Source: Octopus vulgaris (lineage: Eukaryota). Taken from it: a stretch of 64,000 nucleotides of DNA. Below are positions 50,428 to 61,693 of this stretch, piece after piece. The notes below the pieces were generated by a model that made no database searches, was not told the DNA's origin, and worked only from the letters and a program-made list of their open reading frames with translations. Both the position numbers and the translations under genes were made by a program. Numbering within the stretch: the first letter of the stretch is position 1; each line of letters opens with the position of its first letter. The DNA lies in assembly GCA_951406725.2 (NCBI GenBank), contig OX597824.1:49228001-49292000 (forward strand), given 5' to 3'.

Positions 50428-53130
50428 ATGTGTGTGTATGTGTGAGTGTGTGCGTGTGCGTGTGTGTATGTGTGTGTGTGAGGCGAGGTAAAAAAACAAA
50501 AAATATATGTATGTGTTAGTGTGTGCGTCTGTGTGTAGGCGTGTGAGGTAGGGCGAGACGGTGGTCAGCATAGCAGCAGCATAGCAGACAAAGGTCAGTA
50601 GTGAGAAAAGGGAGGAAGGAGGAAGGGAGGGAGGGGAAGGGGGTGGGGGCGTATGTAGCGTGCCAGCGTGTGTTGAGTGGTAGTGTGTGTGTGTGTCCAG
50701 TGTCGTGGTAGTATTAGTGGCGAGTAGATTGAATGTGTGTAAGAGTGAGGTATATGTTTAAGCAATGTGTGTATATGTGTGCGCGTGTGTGTAACGAAAA
50801 AAAGGGGGGGGTTAGGAAAAGGACTCCAGCGGAGGGGAAGATGGAGGAGTGGTCCCGCGGAGACGGGCGTGGGAAAACCCAACGACACGCGACATCCCAG
50901 GAACGGGCGGGAGGTCTCGTCGGATCCAAGGGCGAGGTGCATGCGGGCGCATGCGTGCGCGAACCGGCGCAAACGCGTGTGTGCGCGAGCCTGCGAGTGT
51001 GCGCGTACGTATGTGTGCGTGTGGATGTGTGAGTGTGTCTGTGTGTATGTCTGGGTGGCAGTGTGTCCGATGAATGTATGTGAGTATGTGTGTATATATG
51101 TGTGTGCATAGATGTATGTCCGTGTGTGTGTGTGTGTGTGTATGTGTGTATGAGTGTGTATGTATGTACGTGTGGGTGTGGGGAAGTGTGTGTATGTGCA
51201 TGTGTGTGCGCGAACATACAGGTGTGTGAGTGAGTGCGTGTGTGTGTATGTATGTGTGAGTGTGTATGTATGTGTGTGTAGGATGCATGTATGTGTATGG
51301 GTGTATGTATGCGTGTGTGTATGTATGTATGTGTACGTGCGTGTGTGTGTGTGTATGCGTGTAGGTGTGCGCGTGTGCATGCGTGCATGTATGTGCGTAT
51401 GTGTGTGTGTGTGCATGTGTGTGGGTATATATGTGTGTGCGTATATGTGTGTGTATGTGCGTACATGTGTGTGTGTGTGCATGTGTGTGTGTAGGTGTGT
51501 AGGCGTGTGTGTATAGGTGTATGTATGTAAGTATGTATGGGTGTGTCCGTGTATGTGTGTATGTATGTGTGTGTATGTAGCTGTGTGGGCGTGTGTATAT
51601 GTGTGTGTATGTAGGTGTGTAGGCGTGTGTATATAGGTGTATGTATGTATGTCTGGGTGTGTCCGTGCATGTTTGTGTGTGTGTGTGTGTGCATGTGTAT
51701 GTGGGTGTGTGTGTACGTGTGTAATGTATGTGTGTATGCGTGTGTATGCGTGCGTGTGTGTATGTAGGTGCGTGTGTATGTGTGTGGGAGTGTAGGTGTG
51801 TGTGTGCGTGTGCGTGTTTATGTTGGTGTGTGCGTATGTGAGTGTGAGTGTATGAGTGTTTGTCATGCATGTGTGTGCGCGTGCAGGTGAGTGTGTGTGT
51901 AAGTATGTGTGTGTGTATGTTTGTGTGAGTGTGTATGTGTGTATGTCTGTGTGTATGTATGTGCGTATAGGAGTATGTAGGTATGTGTGTGTGTATGTAT
52001 ATGGGTGTATGTATGTGTGTGTGTGTGCATGTGTATAAGTATATGCGTGTGTGCGTATGTGTGTGTATGTGTATGTGTGTGTGTTTATGTATGTGTGTAT
52101 GTATGTGTGTAGGCGTGAGTGTGTAGATGTATCTATATATGGGTGTGTGTCAGTGTGTGTTTGTGTGTGTGTAGGTAGATGTGTGTGTCTGAGTGAGGGT
52201 ATGGCTGTGTAGGTGTGTGTGTGTATGAATGTAAGTGTGTGCATATACAAGTGTAATGTATGTATGTGGGTGTGTGTGTGTGTGTATGTGTACGTGTGCG
52301 TGTGTATGTGTGTGTGTGTATGCGTGTGAGTGTGGGTGTATGGGTGTATGTCTGTGTGTGTGTATGTCTGAAGTGGGTATGTGTGTGTATGTATGTATGT
52401 GTGTGTGTGTGCGGGTATGTGTGTGTGTGTATGTGTGTGTGTGAGTAGGTGTGCGTGTATGTATGTGGGTAGGGATGCATGCGAGTGTGTGGGTATGTAT
52501 GCAAACATACGCAAGCGCACATCCGAAGCAAGCCCACACACACGAAGCGCGCTTACGCACACAACGCACAAGCAGTGCAACGCAAGCCCAAAGGGGCCGA
52601 CCGAGCCCCCAGCGCGCGCCAAGGCGCGCGAGCGCAAAGGCCCTCGAACGCCCCGCTACGCGGGAACCGAGGATCCATCAGCCAAAACCGGAAAGCAGAA
52701 AAGAGGGGGGGCTGCCTGGATGCAAAAAGGTGTATGTGTGTGTGCATTCAGTGTACGGGTGTGCATGTGTGGGTATGTATGTATGTATGTGCCTACATGT
52801 ATGTGTGCATGTGTGTGTGTGTGAGGTATGTACGTGCGGTGTGTGTGTGTGAGTGTGTGTGTATGTATGTGCGTATGTATGTGTGTGTGTATGTGTGTAT
52901 GTATGTCTGTGTGTGTGTGTGTGTGTAAGTATGTATGCGTGTGTGTATGTATGTGTGTGTATGTGCATGTGTGTCTGTAAGTGTGTGTGATTAAATGTGT
53001 GAATGTATGTACGTAGATGGGTCTACGTATGTGTGTGTGTGAACAGGCGTGTGGGAGGTAGGTAGGTGGGTGGGAGGTAGGTGGGTGGGAGGTAGGTGGG
53101 TGGGAGGTAGGTGGGTGGGTGTGTGTGGGT
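50428..53130. repeat. Long degenerate (TG/TA/CG)n tract with GC-rich islands
   Basis: Read directly; source of the His/Thr- and Val/Cys-rich spurious ORFs. Confidence 0.9.
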
Positions 53131-53170
53131 GGTGTGTCCGGAAAAAAAAAAAAAAAAAAAAAAAACGGTC

Positions 53171-54102
53171 TCAAGAGGAGGGGGCTGTGTTAAGTCCGTG
53201 TGGGGTGGTAGTTTGTAGGGTGAAGATGTAGCGTTGCTCCAAGTGGAGCCTGGAAAGTGGGCGACCATTGTGGGGGGCGAGACCAAACACTGAGATGTCA
53301 TCTCGGGAATGGCCGGCCGAGCGGAAGTGGCGTGCGACGGGAGAAAAAGAGTGTAGGCGAACGTCCCTCAAGTGTTCAGTGAAACGGTCGGACAACCGGC
53401 GTCCCGTCTGACCTACATACAGCATCCCGCATAGGTTGCATTTAATGCAGTAAATAAGGCCAGACGAGGTGCACGTAAAAGAGTGCCTAATGCGTACAGT
53501 ATGCAGGTTGGAGCCGGTGACAGCGGTGGTGTTGGTGATGAAGGGGCAAGTGTTGCAGCGGGATCTAGAGCAAGGGAATGATCCGTGTGGGGCTGAGGGG
53601 GAAGGGGAGAGGGTGCTGTGGACCAGGAGGTCACGCAGATTGCGGGCTCGTTTGAAAGAGGACAGGGGTGGGTTAGGGAAAATGGGGCGGGTGGTGGGAT
53701 CAAGCTGGAGGCGACGGAAGGCACGTAGTATCTTGCGACGAAGGGGTAGGGTAGAGGGGTGGAAAAGGAGGGGGAAGGGGGTGCGGTTGGGGGGTGGGCG
53801 GGGGGAAGGAGACAAGGCGGTAGTGCGGTCGATGCGACGGGCGCGGGTGAGGGCATCAGAGAGGAGTGTGGGTGGGTAACCTCGGAGTCTGAACATGCGG
53901 GCCAGGTATTGAGATTGGGTCTCGAAATCCTGGTCGCGGCTGCACAAACGTCGGAGGCGGAGGAACTGGGAGTAGGGGATGGCTCGTTTGGTGTGGAAGG
54001 GGTGGGAGGAAGAGAAGTTGAGATAGAGGTGGGAATCCGTAGGTTTAAAGAAGGCGGTGGTGGTGAGAGAGCTGGAGGGGGTGATCGATGCGGAGAGAGA
54101 TG

Positions 54103-54104
<2 letters not shown>
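53171..54104 (-). CDS. Penelope-like RT C-terminus + GIY-YIG endonuclease (Neptune/Naiad-like), 5'-truncated, frame open
   Basis: KPTDSHLYLNFSSSHP..KRAIPYSQFLRLRRLCS..RGYP; linker CSRSRCNTC; LIYCIKCNLCGMLYVGQT; VARHF..GH; LEQRYI..PHGLN. The N-terminus of the track ORF is (TA)n read-through. Confidence 0.92.
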
Positions 54105-54141
<37 letters not shown>

Positions 54142-54151
54142 CACATACATG

Positions 54152-54191
<40 letters not shown>

Positions 54192-55701
54192 TATGTAAGT
54201 TTGTTGGTTCTATATACAACACAATACACATGACAAGGTATAACCTTGCAAATGTCTCAAATGAATATCTACTACCCTGGTCACTATGTCATCTGCACTC
54301 TCTGACAGGAGATTAATTAGTAAAAACACACAGAATAGATATAAAAGGATTTAAACCAAAGAACTGCTCGTTAGTAAATGAACTGATAAGAAAACAACAC
54401 ACCCTATCTAAGCAAACCCCACTTTCAACACTACCTTATATGTGTGTGTGTGTGTGTATACATACATATATATCTATACACACACGCACATATATATATC
54501 ACATATATATATGTACATAGATACACATATACATATATGTATATATATATGAATGTATATATGTGTGTGTGCGTGTGTATGTGTATATCACATATATATA
54601 TATATATATATGTTACACATACACACACACATATATATGTTTATATGCAGTTAAGTATATATATATATATATGTATATGTATGTATGTAAGTATGTATGT
54701 ATAACAGATGCATTATCTGTTGCTTCTCTTTGTTCACTTTCTGTCTGTGAGTGATATGAAAGTAGATTTGTTTTATTGATTAGAGAACATTTGTTGCTCA
54801 ATCTGGTCAATAAAGTAATAAGTATTCTGAAGGAGTGGAGGTATACTATAAGTACTATGTAGTTGTGAAGGTATACAGTGAGTATGGTGTAATGGATATA
54901 TACTACATGTATGATGTAAGTATGGCATAGTAGTGGAGATAGTATGCTATAAGTATTGATGTAGTAGAGGAGGAGTTTCTCAGACATAGACCATGTAAAA
55001 CTCAAGCTGTCTTTCATTTATTTCTCTTCTGTTGACTTTTCCTGGAAGAAGGATTCTGAAATGTTGAATTTGTCAGTAGGGTTTAGAAGAACAAACAAGA
55101 GAAATAAAACTAAATGCATTTTTCACCCTTTAGCATTTAAACTGGTCACATCCAGCTAAAATATCCTAGCTGCTTTATGTTCAAACTGGCCAGATGTAGC
55201 CCCTCACACCTACTCTACAATGTTATTCTAAAAATAAACTGCCACATCATTGAAGCTACAAGATATTTCATGATTTATTCAAAACAATGTGAATAAAAGA
55301 GCATTATGTTTAACAGAATGATTAGAATGCTAAAGGGTGGCACTTGGAGCAGTGGTGCAAAATAAACAAACTTTAGATCAGCTCAAATATGTTTAGAACA
55401 TATTTGACCTATAAACAAGCATTTCCACTACGGTTTACTATGGAGAAAAATTCTCAATTTAGGCAAAAGGTGTTAAAACACTAAATTCAGTTCAGAGTGC
55501 CCCCTGGGGACTGGAAAATGCAATACTAGCATCTTAGCTGTCGTCAGTGCCAGATACAAAGCAAGAGAACTCTGAACTGATTGGAAAACTTTGTTTCTTT
55601 ATAAGAAATCAGTAGATATACATTAATATTAGTTTCAAATTTTGGTACAGGACCAGCAATTTTGGGGGAAGGGGGTGAGTCAATTACATCGATCCGAGCG
55701 C

Positions 55702-56345
55702 TGTTATAGCAGCTGTCGTTGGCTGTTCAAGAGCATGTTATTAAATGGTAAAACAGTTAGTATGAATCACCATAAGACATTTTTGTGTTTAAATATATTG
55801 TTTATTCTGTGTTCACCTTTTGTGGTGGAAGCCTGTAGTATGATGCAAAAACATGTGTACTTACATACAAAGAAAGTTTTGATTTTTGCTTTTGCACTGA
55901 AAGAAGTAACATATAATATTTGCATTACAGTATGTATGTATGTGTGTAATGAGAACAGTCATTTTGAGAATGTGTGTCTCATAAAATATCTTCGTTTACG
56001 AACCATATATCTTGTGTCGAGGTGAATAGACATGTGAGTCGCACATGGGAGATTGCGCATGGACCTGCAGAGAAGACATGTATCTTTGACCAAAGCCTGG
56101 CAGGAACAGAGGATGTTTCTACAGTGTATCTCAGAACAAGGCTACTGTATGAGAACGAATGAGGCTACTGTATGAGAACGAAGCTACTGTATCAACATGA
56201 GGCTAGTGTATCAAAGCAAGGCTAGATGCCTCATTGATATACTCATCTGCTGTGCGGGTCAACTCACATATTACTATGTAATATGTTTCTTTATTTTTAT
56301 AGCTATGTTTCTTTATATTACTATGTAATATATAGCTCTGCTACA
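55702..56345 (-). mobile_element. 3' LTR of the Gypsy element
   Basis: Minus strand TGTAGCAG...CTGCTATAACA; purine-rich tract just upstream; AATAAA at ~55801; internal ~20 bp tandem repeats; interrupts a family B SINE. Confidence 0.65.
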
Positions 56346-56646
56346 TAGCCTCTTGCTAGACTTTAAAAAGTTGAAAAAAATAGAGATGGTGTATGTAAAT
56401 ATGCAGTGCAAAAAGCAGGTAAGAACATGGAATACAAACAGAAGGATGCAATACCACAAAAAATAAGAAAGTGAAATGAAAAGGCAAAGCATAGTAAGAG
56501 TAAATAGAATATGAACACAAAGAAATAAGCAAAATGTTCAAGTCAATTAGGTAAAGTTTGAAGGAATACTGTAAAGAACAAAACTGCATCATTGGTGATA
56601 TGCATTGAAGAGTCTTTGGTAAGATCACAAATAGTTCGTTACAGTT

Positions 56647-58921
56647 CAGATGTATGTAGTTTTAGACAGCTTGGTGGGTCAATGTACACGGCGACCACTA
56701 AGAATCATAGTGACATATGTAGATGGAGGAGGGGGTCGATATGTGTGATGGTGTTGGTGGTGGTTGCAGTGGTGTAGCATTTGTTTCATGTTGTACTGTG
56801 AATGTGGGAGGTGTATGAGGTGGTATTGTATCACTGTCTGTGTATGCCCACTTAAGCCTGTCTATTGAGATAGTATTCTTTTTACTATTAATGTCTATGG
56901 TATATAGCTTGTCTGTGTGCAACAGGATGCGATAGGGTCCTGTGTATAGAGGTGTGAGGGGGGTTTCCACAGCATCATTTCATAGAAACACATGGGTCCA
57001 AGAATCAATTTCTTTTGGAACTGATGATTTAGTGGTTTGGTGTCGTGTTGATAGGGGTGGCAGTTCTTGCATGTATTTGCGAAGTCTCTGTATGTACATA
57101 GTGTGGTCTTGTGTGGACAGATCCACTGGGGCCAACATCTGGCCTGGCAACAAAAGAGGTGTGCCATAAATAAGCTCTGCTGGGAAATAACAGATCCTCC
57201 TTTATCAAGGATCGACAGCCAAGAAGGACTATTGAAAGATATTTGCTCCAACACTGTCAATCTGGGTAAGCCCACAAAGCAGCTTTCATTTGACTGTAGA
57301 ATCATTCCACCATACCATTGGATTGTGAATGGTAAGTGGTGGTTTGAATCCGACGTGCACCTATGGTCTTCGTGAGCTTGTGGGAGAGTTGTAATTCAAA
57401 CTGTTTTCCACGGATGGTGGTAGGGACTCCGTGCCATATCCATCCTGTGAGAAAAGCTTTGGCAACAGATTCCGCAGTGATATCTACTAAAGGAATAGTT
57501 TCCGGCCAACATGTGAAACAATCAATGCAGGTGAGCAGGTAGGTATATCCCTGGCTGACTGGCAGGGATATACCTTTGTTGAAATGCACATTTGGTGTGT
57601 TGAATGTGCCAAAGGGTGCTTGGATGTGTCTATGCACCTTTGACTTCTGACAGAAAAGGCAGGAGTGTAACCAAGCAGTGATGTCTTGTCTCATATTTGG
57701 CCAAAAGAATCTAGCCAAAACGAGTTTCACTGTGGTGGTGATGCCAGGGTGAGACAGATTATGCAGTGTGCTGAAGACTGTCTGTGGGTCTCCAGAACAA
57801 AAGGACGAGGAGAATTCATGGCAGTATCACTCAAAATCTGAGCATCAGCTGTGGGTACTGGGAAGTACTTGAAGTTGCATGTGGCAAAGGCGGATGAGGA
57901 TATATCAACTGTCTCTAAGCAAGGTTGATCTTTAGCCAGGAGACAGAGGTTGATGTCTGTGGGTGGTGACAGTGAATTCAGTGGTAGGCATGATAAAGCA
58001 TCTGCTGCTGCTGCAGTGTTATCAACACTAGAGATATGGCAGATATCAGCGGTAAATTGGGAAACGAAATCCAAGTGCCTGGTTTCCCATGGAGAGTACT
58101 TGTCAGGTTTCAAGTGCAGGGCAAAGTTGAGTGGATGGTGGGCCGTAAAAATCGTGAATTGGCATCCTCAAGTGTGTGCCAGATATGTTTGACTGCTAAA
58201 TATATAGCTAACAGCTTCTGTCCGAAAGTGCTGTAGTGAGTTTCAGCTGGTTTAAGCTGCTGAGAGAAAAAGGCAAGTGGCTGGAGTTGTTGTTGCTGGT
58301 GAAGTTGTTGTAACACCGTGCTTATGGCAGTGTTGGATGCATCCACCACAAGGGATAGCTGAGCGTCCATGACAGGGTAGGCAAGAAGCAATACATGAGT
58401 GAGTTGCTGCTTTGCTGTGTTGAAGAAGTTGGGTGGAGTCCAATGCTATGGGCTCATTCCTCTTTTTCCTATTCCAAGTGTGTTTAACATATACAGGATT
58501 TCAGCTGAATGAGGAACAAAGTACTGATAGAAGTTGAATAGTCCCAGGAAATGTTGGAGCTGATATAATGAGGTGGGTGGAGGTAACTCCTGTAATGCCT
58601 TCACCTTGTCTGGCAGTGGCTGATGATATGACCTAGGAAGGTCAAAGGAGATGTGCCAAAAACACATTTGGTAAGGTTGATTCACACTTGGTAAGTCTTG
58701 AACTGCTTGAACAGCTGATGTATATGATGGAGATGTTCCTCGAGTGAGGCACTAGCTATCAAGATGTCATTGGTGTATGCATAGACGAAGTTTAAGTCTC
58801 AGACGACTTCGTCTTTGAACCTTTGAAATGTGCTGACTGAGTTCCATAAACCAAATGACATAGTTAGGAATTCGAAGGTGCCAAAAGGAGTGGTTACAGC
58901 AGTCTTTGGAATATCCTCTGG
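56647..58921 (-). pseudogene. Decayed Ty3/Gypsy pol (RT-RNase H-integrase)
   Basis: EDIPKTAVTTPFGTFEF..FGL; YTND in place of YIDD; LVVDASNTA..PLAFFS..AETHYSTF; HPG..RFFWPNMRQDI..CLFCQKSK; TTTYHSQSNGMVE; LYTGPYRIL; many stops and frameshifts. Confidence 0.93.
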
Positions 58922-60089
58922 ATTTTTTATTGCTCAAATTTACATTAAATTACTATTTTGATGTTGTGTAAAGGTTTAAATGTGTCTTTGTGTTGGTTTT
59001 TTAGAGACAATTTTAAATGTTTAAAACTTGTACAGCACCATGGCAAAGAAACAAGAATTGAATAGAAACTAACTCTAATTGATATTCTTGTTAATAAAGG
59101 AAAGTGTGTAAAATATTTCCAATATATTTTAGAACAGGTGGAGAAGATTTATCAATGTGAGAACCACTGTATTGTAGCAACTGAGGGAAGAACCTCTCCA
59201 GTAAACTGAAATTGTATAATAATATGTTCATCTTGGGTGAACGGAAAATTGAGTGGTGGTGCAATAGTAACAGTTTTAAAAAAGTGCTAATGCAGTGTTT
59301 CTCATTGGAAGGTACCATCTCTACCAAAGTGAGCTTCTGAAGATTTGCAAAAAAAGCTGAATAAATTGCCATGACTCAGAAAATTAAGATGATATGAAAC
59401 TTTTAAATCTTGCCCAACACCATGGCAAAGAAAGCAGAATCATCATCATCATTATCATTGTCCTCCTCCTCCTCCTCTCCCCTCCTCGTCATCAATATCA
59501 TCATCACCATCATTGTAATCACCATTGTTGTCATCATCATCATTGTCATTATCATCATCATCACCACCTCCACCATCAACACCACCAACACCACCACCAT
59601 CAATTAACATCTGCTTCCCATGCTGTCATGGGTTGGATAGTTTGACAGGAGGGTATGCTTTCAAAAGGTGGATGCCCTTCCTAATGCCAACCACTTTATA
59701 GAGTGTACTGGATGTTTTTCATGTGGTACTGGAACCTGTAGGCTTACCACTAGTGCCAGCTAGTGCCATATAACTCACAAAACACTATGCCTTAACTGAA
59801 GTGGATGCGTAGTATTGAGGGAGGTGACATCATGCCAGGTGATGAGAGGCTAAAGTATGATAGTGACTCACTATAGAGGAGATGCATGATTACCTCATTT
59901 GGAAAAGAAGGAAGAAAGTGTGCCAGGGTTCATCCTCAAGTTACAGCAAGGTGGATAAAGAGAAGTGGCATGAGTGGATAAGTAAGTTGTTGTGAGAGTG
60001 ACGAGTGAGTAAGAGATGGATGAGAGGAAATTATAAAGCTGCAAACTCTATTTCAATCTTATTGTTAATAAAGAAAGGCATGCAAGGTA

Positions 60090-60525
60090 TTGATTTCAAT
60101 TTTTGTCACAAATCCAGCAATTTGGGTGGGGGTGGAGGTAAGTCAATTACATTGAACCCAGTACTCAACTGGTACATATTTTATCGACTTTGAAAGTATG
60201 AAAGGCAAAGTCAACCTCACTGGAATCTGAACTCAGAATGTAAAGACTAACAAAATGCCACTATGCATTTTGCTTAGCTAACAATTCTACTAGCTTTCTA
60301 TCTCAATAATAATAATAATCCTTTCTACTAAAGGCATAAGGGCTAAAATTTGAAATAGTTGATTACATTGACCCCAGTGTTTCACTGGTATTTAATTTGT
60401 CGACCCCGAAAGGATGAAAGGTAAAGTTGACCATGGCAGAATTTGAACTCAGAACATAACAACAGACAAAATGTTGCTGAGCATCTTGCCCAGCATGCTA
60501 ACGATTCTGCCAGCTTACAGCCTTA
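60090..60525 (-). mobile_element. Two tandem family B SINEs
   Basis: GAAAGG(C/T)AAAGT..ACC..GAA(T)..GAACTCAGAA occurs twice, separated by TAA repeats. Confidence 0.75.
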
Positions 60526-60949
60526 AAGGGGTACAAAATATTTTCCTAATATTTCAATCATATTAGTGGTGGATGCTGAGGTACAAATGATATTGTATTC
60601 CTTATTTCTGTCAAGCAATTGTCTTTATTTCAAAAGTTGTGGAGAGAGTGAGATTTTAAAAAATGTAACGTTTGTAAAACATATTTTTTACAGAGTTGTA
60701 ATTGCTGTATTTTGGTATACGTTGGATAATGTTTTCCAATGTATCCTTGATTTTATAAGACAGAAAGGTGCATGCTTTGAAGGAGATTTAGCTTTGTTAT
60801 TTCTAGCATGTTATGTGGTCGTACTGAAACCTCCCTCTCTCTTGCCATCTACTGGTTCAGCAGGCATCCAAACACATGCAAATAAATGGATGAATTTGAA
60901 AACTTTTGGCAGGTTGGTGCTGAGGTGGGGGTGGGAACCTTCTCAAGTC

Positions 60950-61165
60950 ATGCTAGCTCATAAGGGCTGGTTTCCCAGTTTCAGGGCATATAAATTCCAC
61001 ACTTGGATGGGACACCAGTCTGTCACAGGATTACTCATTTTTGCCAGCTGAGTGGACTGGAGCAACGTGAAATGAAGTGGTTTGCTCAAGAACACAACAC
61101 ATTGTCCAGTCCAGGAATTGAAACCACAATTTTACTGTCCATAACCACTAAGCCTTGCGTCTCCA
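60950..61165 (-). mobile_element. SINE with family C-type head and core
   Basis: CTCATTTTTGCCAGCTGAGTGGACTGGAGCAACGTGAAATGAAGTG..TTGCTCAAGAACACAAC. Confidence 0.7.
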
Positions 61166-61314
61166 CATTAGGTGGAGTGAAGTGAGGGTAAATATTCCAA
61201 AAGCTGAGAGAAGGGAGAAATTTTAAAGATATTGGAATTTTCAAAAATATCTTTTCAAAATCATAATCTTCATATGTAATACTAACATTTATGGTGCATG
61301 CATGGCTGTGTATG

Positions 61315-61693
61315 GTGCAGGTGCGATTGTGTAGTAAGAAGCTTGTTTCCCAACCATATGGTGCTGGGTTCAGTCCCACTGTGTAGTACCTAAGGCAAGT
61401 ACCTTCTACTATAGCCTCAGACCAACCAAAACCTTGTGAGTGGATTTGGTAGATGGAAACTGAAAAGAACCCTGCCGTGTGTGTGTGTGTGTGCTTTTGT
61501 GTCTGTGTTTGTGCCTTACAACTGCTTGATAACTGGTACTGGTGTGTTTATGTCCATGTATCTTAGTAGCTCAGCAAAAGAGATCAGGAGATTAAGTACC
61601 AGGCTTAAAAAAATAAGTACTGGGGTTGATTCATTCAACTAAAAAATTCTCCGAGGCAGTGCTCCAGCATGAAGCAAAAGATAAAAGATAAGA
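61315..61693 (+). mobile_element. SINE family A copy
   Basis: Colinear with 13546-13878; (AAAGAT)n tail. Confidence 0.8.

Larger units (their letters stand above)
50133..54104 (-). mobile_element. Young 5'-truncated Penelope-like element with microsatellite-expanded 3' region
   Basis: ORF at 54104-53171; hammerhead motif at 50223-50257 on the same strand; (TA)n at both outer edges. Confidence 0.7.

Noticed and set aside
50595-52637. 680 aa His/Thr-rich ORF and overlapping long ORFs
   Set aside because: Translation of degenerate (CA)n, which lacks stop codons in several frames; no domain content.
54105-54229. N-terminus of the 352 aa ORF (MYCVVY...IYIYM)
   Set aside because: Read-through of the flanking (TA)n; the element is 5'-truncated.
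56130-56225. CRISPR-like repeats
   Set aside because: Tandem units without unique spacers, inside a eukaryotic LTR, with no cas genes.
60566-61051. 161 aa ORF
   Set aside because: Non-ATG start, runs into a SINE, and has no recognisable domain.
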